Source: Takakia lepidozioides (Eukaryota > Plantae > Bryophyta). From it: DNA of 64,000 nt. The stretch is from the NCBI GenBank assembly GCA_030704615.1, contig CM060731.1, forward strand, positions 24,304,001-24,368,000. The letters run 5' to 3'. Below the pieces are notes generated by a model. It was not told where the DNA came from and made no database searches. It worked only from the letters and a program-made list of their open reading frames with translations. Shown here one piece after another: positions 1 through 11,539 of the stretch. Numbering within the stretch: position 1 is the stretch's first letter; every line of letters begins with the position of its first letter. A program made the position numbers and the translations under genes.

Positions 1-303
1 GAGACGCTTTCCCAAGTCCCCTCTGGAATCGGCAAGGGTTGTAACAGCCCCGCTTGCTTTTTGTACTCGCTCCGGTTTTGTTGGCATGTGGTACATGTCT
101 TGACATACTCCTCTGCCTCCTCCCTCAGTTTGGGCCAGAAATACTCTTTCTTCAAGTGTGCCGCAGTGCGCTTGGCTCCACCGTGGCCCGCAAGCGGGCT
201 ATCATGGCATTCTCTCAAGAGACTATCCCTGATCTCTCCCTTCGGCACGTAGAGACGCTTTTGCTTGTACCGGAGCAGTCCATTTTGCAAGTGGAACTGC
301 GAT

Positions 304-3045
304 TTAACCCCCATCCTCCTGCATCACGGACTTCGCCAGCTCATCCTTCCGGCAAGCCTTCCGGATCTTCCTTTGGAGTGTCGTCTCGCCCTTGTACACC
401 AACAAGAGCTGCTGCTTTCTACTTAAAGCATCGGCCACCACATTGTCCCGTCCCGGTTTGTACTGGATATCCACGTCGAACACTGCCAAAGTATCTTGCC
501 ACCTAAGTTGTTTTGGGGACAACTTGGGCTGCGTGGCAAAATACTTCACCGTGACATTGTCCGTGAACACCTTCACTAGGTTGGAACCAACATAGTGGCA
601 CCAGAGCTCAAGGCAATGCACCACCGCCTTCATCTCTTTTTCGTGCGTCGGCCACCCTCGCTCCACTTCATTCAGTTTCTTACTTTCGTAAGCCACTGGA
701 CGTCCATCTTGCATAAGTACACCCCCAATCGCGAAGTCCGACGCATCTGTATGAATCTCAAATGGACGATCGAACTCCGGGATTTTCAAGACTGGAGCTT
801 CCGCCATCCGCTGCTTCAATTCAGCAAAAGTTGGCCGCATCACCAAGAACTCATATGAACCATACCTTGTCCTGCACGCGGTCTTCTCCTCATCTCCTTC
901 CGCCACCCGAATTTGGTGATAGCCGGAGCGCAAGTCGATCCGGCTGAAATACTTCGCTCCTACCAACCGATCGAAGAGGTCGTCGATCCTCGGCAAAGGG
1001 TACCGGTTTTTTATAGTCACCTTATTCAGAGCCCTGTAATCGACACACACCCGCAGCGTCCCATCCTTCTTGTCTGCGAATAGCACCGGGGCTCCGTAAG
1101 GTGACTTACTCGGCCGGATGTACCCCTTTGACATTAGATCCTTGAGCTGAGTCTTCAGCTCGACCAACTCTCTGTGGCTCAACCGGTAAGGCGCCTTGGC
1201 AGGCGGTTCCGATCCCGGTATCACCTCAATCTTGTGGTCAACTCCTCTTCGCGGTGGCAAGCCGCTTGGTAAATCCTCCGGCATCACATCCTGGTATTTC
1301 TCCAAAATCCCCTTGATCCAATCTGGGCTCGGTTCCCCATCGCCTTCTCCTTTCACTTCTCTAATGTAAAGCAAAAACTGGGGCTCGTGTGCCTCCTCCA
1401 CGGCCCACTCCTTTGCTGATAGAAGGTTTATTCGCCCTCCCACGGATTTGGGCGTTTCAGACACTCGTAAAACCTCGCCACCATTCCCACATGGCAGCGT
1501 GACTACTCTCTTGCGGCCATCTATGACCGCTCCGGATATGCTCAAAAAGGTCATCCCCAAAATGAGATCCACTCCATCGATCTCGCAGATGGTGAAGTTC
1601 TCACGTCCCTCCCAACTCCCCAGTTGAAGAGGAACATCAATCGCCAACCTTGTCGCCAACTGTGGTTCTCCTTTGGCAGAACGCACCTCAATAGAGGCCC
1701 CAACGTCACTTGTCGGGAGTCCCAGCTTTTGTGCCGTTGCCGGTGTCATGAAGGAGTGCGACGCTCCTGTGTCCACCAACAACGACACATTAGTTCCGGA
1801 TATTATCCCATCCACGAACAATAACTGACTCCCTTTTCGTAAGGTGCCAGTTTCCTGATACAACTCACAAGAAAATTTGCCTACCTTGCAAGTCCTGGCG
1901 ACCACCGCTTCCACCAAGCGACTGATGGTATCTTCCGACAGCTCCGTGGTCGCCCGAGTCATGTTCAATTGTCGGGGCTTCGTGCACTTCTTGGCCATGT
2001 GCCCGGGCTCCCCGCAATTGAAACACACTCCATCAAAGGTCGCCTTCTGTCCGCCATAAGCCGCTCCACCCGCTTTTCCTTTCGAAGCACCGGGTGCCGC
2101 CTTGACGTGTGAAGGCCCTCCCTTCGATTTCCACGTGCCATTTTTGCCGCGTGGCCTATCCCACTTCTTTTCCGGTCGGAAGGAGTCACCTTCCCGCCGA
2201 ATCTTCTTGTGGTTCAGCTCCGTACGGCCTTGTCTTTCACCCCTAGGGACATCCGAGAAACATTCAGCCCTCTCAATTGCCTCGTTCAAAGTCTTGGGTG
2301 GCTTCTCCTCCAACTTCCGCCTGGCCCATGGGGCCAGTCCCGCCACAAAGTTGAAGACCATTTCTGGTTCTGCCATGTCCGCGACTTCGAGCAACAGCAC
2401 ATTGAAAGCCTGGACATACCCCCGAATGTCATCTGTTTGCTTCAAATTCCTCATCTTGTCCCGGGCAAGCCAGGACGCGTTGAGGGGCACAAACTGTCTC
2501 TTCAACAATTCCTTGAACCCACTCCAGTTCAAGGTTTCCGGACTTGGACCTCGGTCGTGAAGGCGTTTTTGCCACCATTGTTGAGCATAGCCCCTCAAAT
2601 AGGTGGGAGCCACTTCCACCCGATCCTCGTCACTCAACTTGGCCGCCCAGAAGTACTGCTCTAGCTCCAAGAGCCAGGTGTTGAGTGCCTTCCGATTTTG
2701 GACGCCCTCGAAGGTGTCGGGTTCCTTAGGCTTCACCTTAAACTTTGCCTTAGCGGAAGTGGCATTAGCCGCCTTCAACACGTCTTTCAACGTCCCGCCA
2801 AACTGCGCCAACAACCCTTCCCAAAAGGCTGCCGGCATGGGAGGCATCTCTTGGTTTGTCGGAGCTCTCAAGGATTCCTCGGGCTCCGACTCCTCGGATT
2901 CCTCCCGCTCTTGGGCGGCCTCGTTTTCGGAAACATGCATCGCTTCCTCAAACGGCCGCCTCGGTGACACGCCGCCCCCATCGGGCTCACCGGGATCATC
3001 ATCTTTTGGGCCGTTCCGCTTTCGCTTCGGCTTGCCCGACCCCAT
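304..3045 (-). pseudogene. gag-pol polyprotein of copy A with an in-frame deletion of the RT core and a frameshift near 310
   Basis: ORF 304..3099 (likely ATG at 3045). YGSYEFLVM is joined directly to RPTFAELKQ, so the YIDD catalytic region is missing; integrase continues out of frame towards position 1. Confidence 0.9.
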
Positions 3046-3086
3046 GATGAGGCCAATCCCAAGGACGATCACGTACTGAACTCTAA

Positions 3087-3098
3087 GCTCTGATACCA
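3087..3098 (-). promoter_or_regulatory. Primer-binding site, initiator tRNA-Met
   Basis: TGGTATCAGAGC on the minus strand, 2 nt after the LTR end ...GCGCGACA. Confidence 0.9.
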
Positions 3099-3100
3099 AG

Positions 3101-3827
3101 TGTCGCGCACCTCACTTCGGTAAACTCCCCTTCAAGTCATAGTTACTCGCTTTGATGCGCGCGCCTTACTCCCGACCTGGCCACCGGGCCAACTTGGAGC
3201 TTCGGCTGCTCACCGAGACATAACGGTCCCCCCTTCGCTTCCCTCTAAAACCCTCCACCTAATTGGGACTAGGAGAATTCCCTTTGGTAGATGGCAGTCC
3301 GGAACAGCTCCCCACTCTTTGGTCGCTTTCCGGCTCGCTCGCTTACTCACTAGTTTTTGGTCACCAACGGGCTTGCACCGTTCTCGGGGTTACTACTCCC
3401 TATATATACTTCTGTAGCTGTCCGCGGGGGTTTCACAACCAGCCATGCCATTTTATGGCGAACCACCACGAAGACCCTCGATTCCCGGTGGTGAGTCGCG
3501 GTGAGTCTTGGCCCGCTCACCACGGCCCCTATGGACCGTGATGAGTCCCAAGACTCCCCACGACTCCCACCACGAGGTCTCCGCCCCCATGGTGAGTCCT
3601 ATGCCACCCCCACTAAGTCCCACTAAGCTACCACCACCCCTTGTGGAGCCACCCCCACCGCAACCCGGTGTGCGGGGCTCCACCTAGTGAGCGCCTCCGC
3701 TTCCCTGAGTGCCTTGGGCACTCAAGGGTGCCTCAGCCCCCCATACCTATCGCTGCCGCTGCCCCCACCACAGGGGCAGCCCCTCATGTGTCCCGACCCC
3801 CTGCCCTCAAGGCAAAGGGCCACGACA
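3101..3827 (-). repeat. 5' LTR of chromovirus copy A (about 727 bp)
   Basis: TGTCGTG...CGCGACA termini; homologous over its whole length to 58164-58890, and similarity stops at the same TG in both copies. Confidence 0.85.
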
Positions 3828-3893
3828 GGCGGGGCCCACAGGCGCGTTGAAGACTCTATTATTGAAAAATCGTCGGCGTATTTGTGTGGACTT

Positions 3894-4247
3894 TGTCAAG
3901 TTAAATAAACACAGTGTGAAACTAACTAGAATAAATCTAGTTATTTGTATTTAACACTTGGAATTAGTTCAAGTGTTAAGTCAGGTGTCAAGTTTAGCTT
4001 GACACCTGAACCATCTTATCTTCACGAGCTCGTCAGTCGTGTGGCTCATCTCTCTCGAGTTGAGCCTGCACGACCGAGCTCCCTCGTTGCTTAGCATCTG
4101 AGTGTACTTATGGAGGGAGAGTAGGATGTTGTGGGGTGGAGTCCCCATAGCTTGGGGTGCCCCTGGTTTGACTCTTATTTTAACGAGTGATTATATTGTA
4201 TTTCGTGTTTTGTGTCAACAGCCAGTGTGAGTTTAGTTTTCATATCA
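3894..4247 (+). repeat. Repeat A, left copy (354 bp; 3' portion of the LTR)
   Basis: Matches 14887-15240 with 4 substitutions counted by eye. Confidence 0.95.
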
Positions 4248-4261
4248 CTCGAGAGAGATGA
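4247..4261 (+). promoter_or_regulatory. Putative self-priming primer-binding site
   Basis: ACTCGAGAGAGATGA directly at the LTR end is the exact reverse complement of LTR positions 4046-4060; no TGG-type tRNA PBS is present. Confidence 0.7.
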
Positions 4262-7213
4262 ACTTGTGTCTTTTATTGCGAGATACGAGTCTTAAGTTAG
4301 CACTAGTCTTTTGTTTTTTGAAGCTTCCTTAAGATGTCAGCTCAGTTGAGTGAGTGCAAGATTGAGTGGAAAATTAGCAGTTGAAGGGATTACTCGTGTC
4401 CAGGAAACCTGCCGTTAAGAGAAAAATGAAATTTTTAGAAGAAGGATTGGTTTGTTTACGTGCTTAGCTGCTGATTTCTCTGTGACGGCAGTGATAGTAC
4501 TGAATAGAGATGGCATGTAACCAATATCGATGGAGTTTCAGCACCGTAACAAGTGAGCATATGGCGAAGGGATGAGGCAGCCTGCAACTCTTAGGTTGGG
4601 AAAGTGCAGCGTGGAGGCATTAACTACTTTGTAGAAGCCCTGTATGCGTAGACAGCGGCTACTTCATACTGTCTTGTATCGGCTTGCGGGCAGCAATACT
4701 GTTGTATGATAAACCAGCGACGTGTGATGAACCAGCGAGTTGCCGAAGAAGAGCTAGTTGCCGAAGAAGAAGAAGGTAGTATCTAGGGCAGCAGCGCCTT
4801 GCTCATTCACGAGCGTCAGAGTTCGTATCAACTGGAAGTGGTGAACGACTGAGTTAGGTTCGTGTATTGTGTTTAAGTGCTAGGAAATGTCCAAAGGAGC
4901 CAATTGCTAGAGGATCTGCTTATAGAATTTAGGCGGGCTGCTTGTGGAGATCGCAACTTGGTTATGTATTTTACCTTAAGGCTTAGAGTCTTGATACTAG
5001 TTGGTCAACAACGGAATGACCTCTGGCACAAATCTGAAGCATGAAAAGGAAGGAAGCTACTGGTAGATGTTTGTAGCAGTTGCACCTGCTACCCTTTGAA
5101 CACCTATGGAGAAGAGATGAAAGTGTTGTTAGTGCTCTAGCGAAAAGACAAGCTGCAAGATCTTGTTCATGACAGATATTCTCTAAATGCTTGTTTCTAC
5201 AAGGCTGAAGGGACCCGATCTGAAAGGGGCATGATCTGCATTCGTACCTACTTGCACATGAGTAATCATATGCCACTTCAATGGTGAAGTCGCACAATGA
5301 TGAACAGATTTTGGGTGTTCAGGTGCCGTTGGTGTTAAGTGCAATAGGGCACCGAAAATGTAAGGGCTGGAACCAGATGACCAGCAATGCTCCGAATGGT
5401 GTAGCCATTGCTGCCAAGCCGTGTTGGAGCCAACTGACCAGCAACGCTGTGATATGTCAGGGATAAGTCACTTTCTTCACAAGCGCTTTAGCCCGTATGA
5501 TCCAGTTTCGTCTCGGACTAGCAGATGCATGAGTGGATGCTCGCTCTTAGAAAAAGAAAAGCAAGACCGAAGAAGAAAGGCGGGGCAGTCGCAGTGACAC
5601 TATTAAGACACTATTAAGGAGCCGCGTAATTCAATTTAAAGACTCAAGAGGTGCAGGTCCATGGGATTGTACTCATTTTGCATCTTAGCATGGTGGCGGT
5701 ACGAGAACTAAATTACCTGCATCAGAGTAGTTCCGGAATGGAACGATTGCGCTGAAAGGTGAAGGCGATTGCAAAGCTAAACGAGGCCCGGGCGTTGGAC
5801 TAGCTTGTTAGTACTCTTCCAAGAAGCTCTGGTGATGAGAATGAGTGTTGGGCTTCAGCGACAAAGGATACTGTAGATCAGGCCGAATCTGGAATTTCTT
5901 CAAGCTGGGGAGCAGGGAAGCGTTCATGTTTGAGCTGGTGGACACCATCAAACGCAGTCCTAACCTGCACAAGCTGGTGCTCAATGTAGAACGTGGTGCT
6001 GCTGAAATGAGCTTGCAGGTGGTGCCTGATGTGGCCATTGATGAGTCAAGCACAATTGAGGTGTAGCCTAACTCCCCAAGGCAAAGCCACACCAGTTTGC
6101 TGCAATAGTGAACATAAACTTGGCAGTGAGAGGAGGCGAAGGATCGAAGCACGGATCTTGGCTGGAGCAGAGCAGTTCATTGGGAGAGCAAGCCTGTGGT
6201 GGTGTGTCTGTAAAACACAAATGAATCCTGGGAATTATAGGCCACGCCGCCAGGGAGTATGTGAGAACTACATGAACATGTTCCGAACCCGTAGATAACC
6301 TGGGAACAGCTTTTAATGTCGAGAACGTTTTGGGTGTGAAAAATTAAAGAAATTCGTTCTTTGATCTAATTTAAATTACATAGAGCATGTTTGGCCATAA
6401 CTTTGGCATACCAAGGCCGTTTGACCCAAAACTTGCGCAGGACCTACAGAAAGGGGAAATCTACCTACCTAGACCAAAAATCGTTTTAGTTTTTAGTTTT
6501 AGTTTTTTGGATGGTTTTAGTTTTTTGGACCTGACCAAAAATCTATAGAATTTTTCTAATATAAATTAGATCCTCCCCACATCTATTTGAGGTCTATTGA
6601 AGAAGTTGTTTCAAGTCAAGGATGATCACTTAGCTGTCTGTTTATAACACATCTGTCACTTTTTGACATTAGTGTATGGCTAGAGAGGAAATGAAGAGTG
6701 TCGGAATGAGGACATGCTGGGTTTAGGAATTGCTTTAGTCTCTCCTTCCCATAGCTTTCCACTCTCTCGGTAGGCCAAAACCTTTCCATAGGTGGAGGCA
6801 AGAGTCAGTCCGGGTTTTTGGGCTGGGGTATTTTGCAGGAGCAGCACTGCAGATGGATTTTGGTGTGGGGGTATTGATGTTTTGATTTCTTGTGTTTGGA
6901 TCCCCCCCAACACCTGCATGCTTGACTGTGCGCCATGTTGGTTTTGTGTGGGCGCTTGTTTTCATAGGGATTGCCGGATTTGATCACCGGTCAATCCTAG
7001 AGTATGTTGTCGGTGGTGAGGCTGGAGTGATGACCAGCAAGACCACCAGTGTTTCTTCTATGGTGAGACTGGGTTGATGACCAGCCAACCATATGAGTTC
7101 TTGCGGTGGATGTAGGTGCAGGTGCCCTGAGCCACTGGGATATGGCCCTTAAACTGCAACAGGTGCCCACCCGTGTCACTATTAGAAATAGTATTAGAGC
7201 CTTATAGTGTCAC

Positions 7214-8824
7214 GTGGGGGAGGTGCGGGTTGTGAGTGTCATCACGGAGTTACCCAAGGGTTTTGAGGGGAGTACGGCTACAGGCAGTAGCAGTGAGATT
7301 GGGTTCACAAGACGAGGTGTTCGGTTCAGACCACCTTCACCTCCACCCTCAACTAGTGTAGAGTCTGACACAGACCCGGAGGCTTCATCAACAGGTGTGC
7401 AGTTTTCTTCGCCATTATTATGGGACGACATGGAGGAGATGTATGGAGCTACCAAGGGGCCTTGTAGATACTCTGGAGCTGTGGGCACAATCGAGCTGGA
7501 TGACTTTATCCAGGAGTTTGACAACTGGTGTGATTTGCAGCAAATGCGCAATCCACAGCTGTTCACCCCATTCATGGCGTGGAAGGGACTGTTCCAGCAT
7601 TTGGAAGGCCCGCATATGGACGATTACCACGAGTTTAGGCGAGGACATGAAGCAGAGATTGAGGAGTGGAGGATGTATTGGTCACCTGACTACGTCTCCA
7701 TTACTCGAGGCACGACGCGACCAGTAGCTGCATCAGCACCAATATCTCCCATTGTCAGCTCTAGTAGTGGAACAAGTAGTGCTGGTACTTCTGAAGAAGG
7801 TGCTACTACTCCTCCTGCCACGACTACAACACATGTGCCTAGATTCAGCCCGGTGGTGGAGTTCTTCCAGGAGTTGCGGAGGAACTACCAAGGCGTATGC
7901 ACAGAGAAGCTGCGAAGTTTGCAAGACTTCCAGCGCAGATCCAGTGAGAGCTTGCGAGAGGCCTACGCTCGTATGAGGCGCTTGATAAATGTGACCCAAG
8001 GGGTTACTGAAGCTCAGGCAGTCCAGTTCTGGTACGGAATTTTGGACAATGAGCTCAGGAGAAGGGTGAGGGATGCAACCATGTTACAAGCGGCCCAACC
8101 CACATTAGCAGATGTGTTTCTGCTGGCTAAGCGAATTGAGCTCAACATGGTGGAGGAGCGAGTTGTTACCATTGGATTTGGCAAAGACATGCCTGCACGA
8201 GACGCAGCTACCAGCCAACAGGCACAAGGGACTGCCCAACAGCGTGGTTAGGGGGGCAAGGTTGTCCAACCCAAATTCCATGGAGCTTATAGGGGACCTC
8301 AGGTGCAGAGGCCAGTAGCTTCTTTTGCAGGCCAACAGCAACCAGGGGTGGTATGTTGGACATGTGGAGGACCTCATGTCAAGAAAGATTGCCCAGAGAG
8401 TGGCAAAGGGCCAGCACAAGCACAGCCTGCACAGTTGCAGTGTGGGCATTGTAGCAAGTATGGACATGGAGATGCCCAGTGTTATGACTTGTACCCTGAG
8501 TTGCGGCGAGACCAGTTCCAAGGGAACAATGGTGGCCGAGGGCAAGGTGGAGCACCTCAGAGAGGACGAGGTGGTCAGGCACGAGATGCAGGACAAGGGC
8601 AAACACAATATGGCCAAGGACGTGGAGGTCAGGGCGTTGACCAAGGCATGGCCAACCGGCTTCAGCAGCTAGAGCAAAGGCTTGCTGCCATGGCCACAGC
8701 TCACGTGGTACCAGCTCCAAGACCTGATGGTCCACCTCATGTTCCTCCTCAGCAGCGTCATCCTGACGGAGTAGACATGGGAGGCATGGGATTTATGTGT
8801 GGGGCAGCACTACCACTAGTGTAG
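7214..8824 (+). pseudogene. gag-like ORF with two zinc knuckles, interrupted by stop codons
   Basis: Capsid-like FQRRSSESLREAYARMRRL; CWTCGGPHVKKDC and CGHCSKYGHGDAQC; TAG stops at 8249 and 8822. Confidence 0.85.
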
Positions 8825-9800
8825 GTGGAGTCTGCTGCAGCCGTCACTCAAGGAGCAGCACGAGTTCCTGAGCCACAAGGTGCAGAGGTGGAGTTGGATC
8901 CACAGCGTGGGGAGGCAAGCCGTCAGGCTAGGTTGCCTCAATCATTCATCTTGGTAGAGACAGTATCAACGACATCCATGGCACCTAGTTCTTGTCCGAC
9001 GGATACCAAAGCAAAGGCTGTTATTGTGCCATTGGGGAGAGCTACACGTGCAGCACTGACACCTGCTGCCAAGGCTAGTGCAGCCAGTGTGTTGTTGGGG
9101 GCGGCCACCTTTGTGTATCAGGCCCTACTGTTCTCGGCAACCATGATTGCGACGCCGGGGGTAAGACCAGCTGCAGTGTTCAGACTAACACTCTGCGAAA
9201 GTGGGGAGGTCATTTCATCTTCTGCGGAATTAGTGGAAGGTGTAGTGGCAGAGGAATCCTCTGATTTGAGGGTCAAGACTGCCACGGCTGCGCCCTGGCA
9301 AGCTGCAGCTGCCAGGTTGATGGAGCTGTCAGCTAGGCCAGCCTTTGAGCGCGCCATGGTGACACCTGGAGTTGTCTTGTTAGATAACCAGGATGACATT
9401 TTTTCTTTGAGTGGACAGGCAAGCAAGAGGTACCGGCCACTGCGGGTCTTGTTGGACTCGGGAGCTCAGCCACTGATGTTGGGCAGAGCTGCTATTGCAG
9501 GTTTGGGCTTCATGGAGGCGGATATGGAGCCTTGTCCTTTCCAGATACAGACATCTCTGGAAGGATCAGAGTAGGCTCGGGGCATGACATGGCGTGAGTT
9601 GGCCATTAGACTACAGCCGGGTCATCCTATAGATGGCTCAGTGATGCGAGCCAAGGCCATTGTGACAGATGTGGTCTCTTACGATGTCCTTGTTGGTGGG
9701 GCAGTGTTATATCCCATGGGCTTCACCTGGATTTTTGGGAGGAGTCAGCATCCTACAGGCCTGGATGGCAGTCAGGGGATGGTCGTCGTGTACAGCTCCC
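8825..9800 (+). pseudogene. Aspartic protease region of the polyprotein
   Basis: VLLDSGA active-site motif near 9450 and downstream YDVLVG motif; stop at 9572 and a frameshift near 9725. Confidence 0.8.
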
Positions 9801-10164
9801 TGTGACATTCATTGGGGGTATTGCTGCTGCCCAGCAGGGCAAGATGCCAACACTAGCAGCCTTCACAGCTGCAGTTAGTTGGCCTGAAGAGTTGTTGGAG
9901 GGCAACGCCCATGCAGAGGATGTGCCACCTCCAGCAGAGCAGGATGACATGCATGGTACGGCGGAGTTGCCTGCCATGGTTGCTCACACTCTATTGTGGG
10001 GTACGAGCAAGGATTTGCAGCAGGCTGCTGATAGACGGGTGCAACAAGCCTGGGTAGAGGCATTTGTACCGTCAGGAGAGGAGGAGAGTGCGGTGATTGC
10101 ACCAGGACCACCTCAGTTGTCACCATTGGACACCACACCTCTTGTGTGGCAGTGCCCGGATGAA

Positions 10165-11110
10165 GGCATATGCCTTCTGGACTTGTTTGGCGGGATCAGC
10201 ACTGGATTGGCTGCAGTGCTACAGGCAGGTGTACGAGTTCGACATTACCTGTATGTGGAGAGGGATGAGACTGCACGACGCGTCTCACTGCGCCATGTTG
10301 CTCAGTTGGTGCAGCAGTACCCTGATTTGTTGCCGGTGTCTGCAGTTTGTGGATACCAACAAGCCTTGCCAGCAAACATCTCTTTGCTCGGGGTGCATGA
10401 TTTGGAGCGGGTTGGCCCTATTCACTTGGTAGTGGTAGGTTGGCCCTGCCAAGGGCATTCATCAGCCGGGCATGGCAATGGATTACAAGACTCAAGGTCA
10501 CGCCTATTTTGGGAGATGTTGAGGGTCTTGCGTTATTTACAACTTCAGCAAACAGACTCTCTCGCATATATCTTGGAGAATGTGCCATTGATGGGTGATT
10601 CTCGGGCCAAGGTGATGGCTAGTGTGCATCAAGTGCGGTCTTGGCTTAGGTTAGCAGTATTGCTGGATGCAGCTGCAGTGGGGTCACGGGCTCATCGCCC
10701 ATGACTATGGTGGACCAACTTGATGCCACATGCACTGCTCAAGCGTGCATTTGATGGGGTGCAGCGGCCACCAAACCTGACGGTGGATAGCATTTTGGAC
10801 ATAGGGAGGCAGTCTCAACGTGTGAGACAAGATGATCGATCACCTTTGGCAGTGGTCAATAAGGTGGGTCATCCACAAGCAGCATTGCCTACACTGCTCA
10901 GTTTTCCAGGATCTCATGCTTTCCGGGATGGTGGACCTGGCCTCTTGTGGGATAGCCAGTTGCAGCAGTTAGTGGAACCCAATGCTGACGAGCGCGAGCG
11001 GGCGATGGGTTTTACCACTGGTACCACGGCGGTGCCATCTCTTTCTGAGGCATCACGTCGTTAGGTGTTGGGGCAAGCAATGGATCTCAATTGCTTGACC
11101 TGGATTATCA
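10165..11110 (+). pseudogene. DNMT3-like C5 cytosine methyltransferase domain inside the retrotransposon polyprotein
   Basis: Motifs in canonical order: I LDLFGGISTG, II YVERD, IV GWPCQG, VI LENV, VIII RAHRP*LWWTN, IX ERERAMGF, X RR*VLGQAM; two in-frame stops (10702, 11062). Confidence 0.92.
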
Positions 11111-11539
11111 GCTTGGCTATGGCGGAGCAGCGCAGAGTACGGAGTACATTCCCCTTGATAGTCTCTTTGCCTACCAAGACGGTACAGGCAGTGAGTGGGG
11201 GTGAATAGGTGAGGACCACGAGGTGCATGCCGCATCCATGGTACACGTGGGAGGTGCTCGAGGTTCAGAGGGAGTTGGAAGCCAAGGCGGCGGTGATGGA
11301 TGAGGTAGGGGATTTTTCTCGGATTGAGAAGGTCCTCAAGGATGAGATGGTAGGATGAGACATTGTCACTGACAGAGCAGGCAGTGGTCACTGCTCAAGA
11401 GGTTGCAGCATAGCAACCACGGGACGCATCTTCTACCTCTAAGCCTGCTGGACTCAAGGTTGCAGTCACGGAGGACAACTGGGAGCCTGATGTTGGACCC
11501 ATAGTCACCGGAGGAGAGAGACGACGTATACGGTGGTTC

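Larger units (their letters stand above)
1..3827 (-). mobile_element. Ty3/gypsy LTR retrotransposon (chromovirus, copy A), defective; 3' part lies outside the window
   Basis: Gag, CCHC knuckle ([14 protein letters not shown]), protease (LVDTGA), RT ([17 protein letters not shown]), RNase H (TDASD...ADALSR) and integrase zinc finger start; 5' LTR and Met PBS present; highly similar to the copy at 58164+. Confidence 0.95.

Noticed and set aside
54-3079. Plus-strand ORFs overlapping the chromovirus gag-pol (and equivalent antisense ORFs elsewhere)
   Set aside because: Shadow frames of GC-rich coding sequence on the opposite strand.
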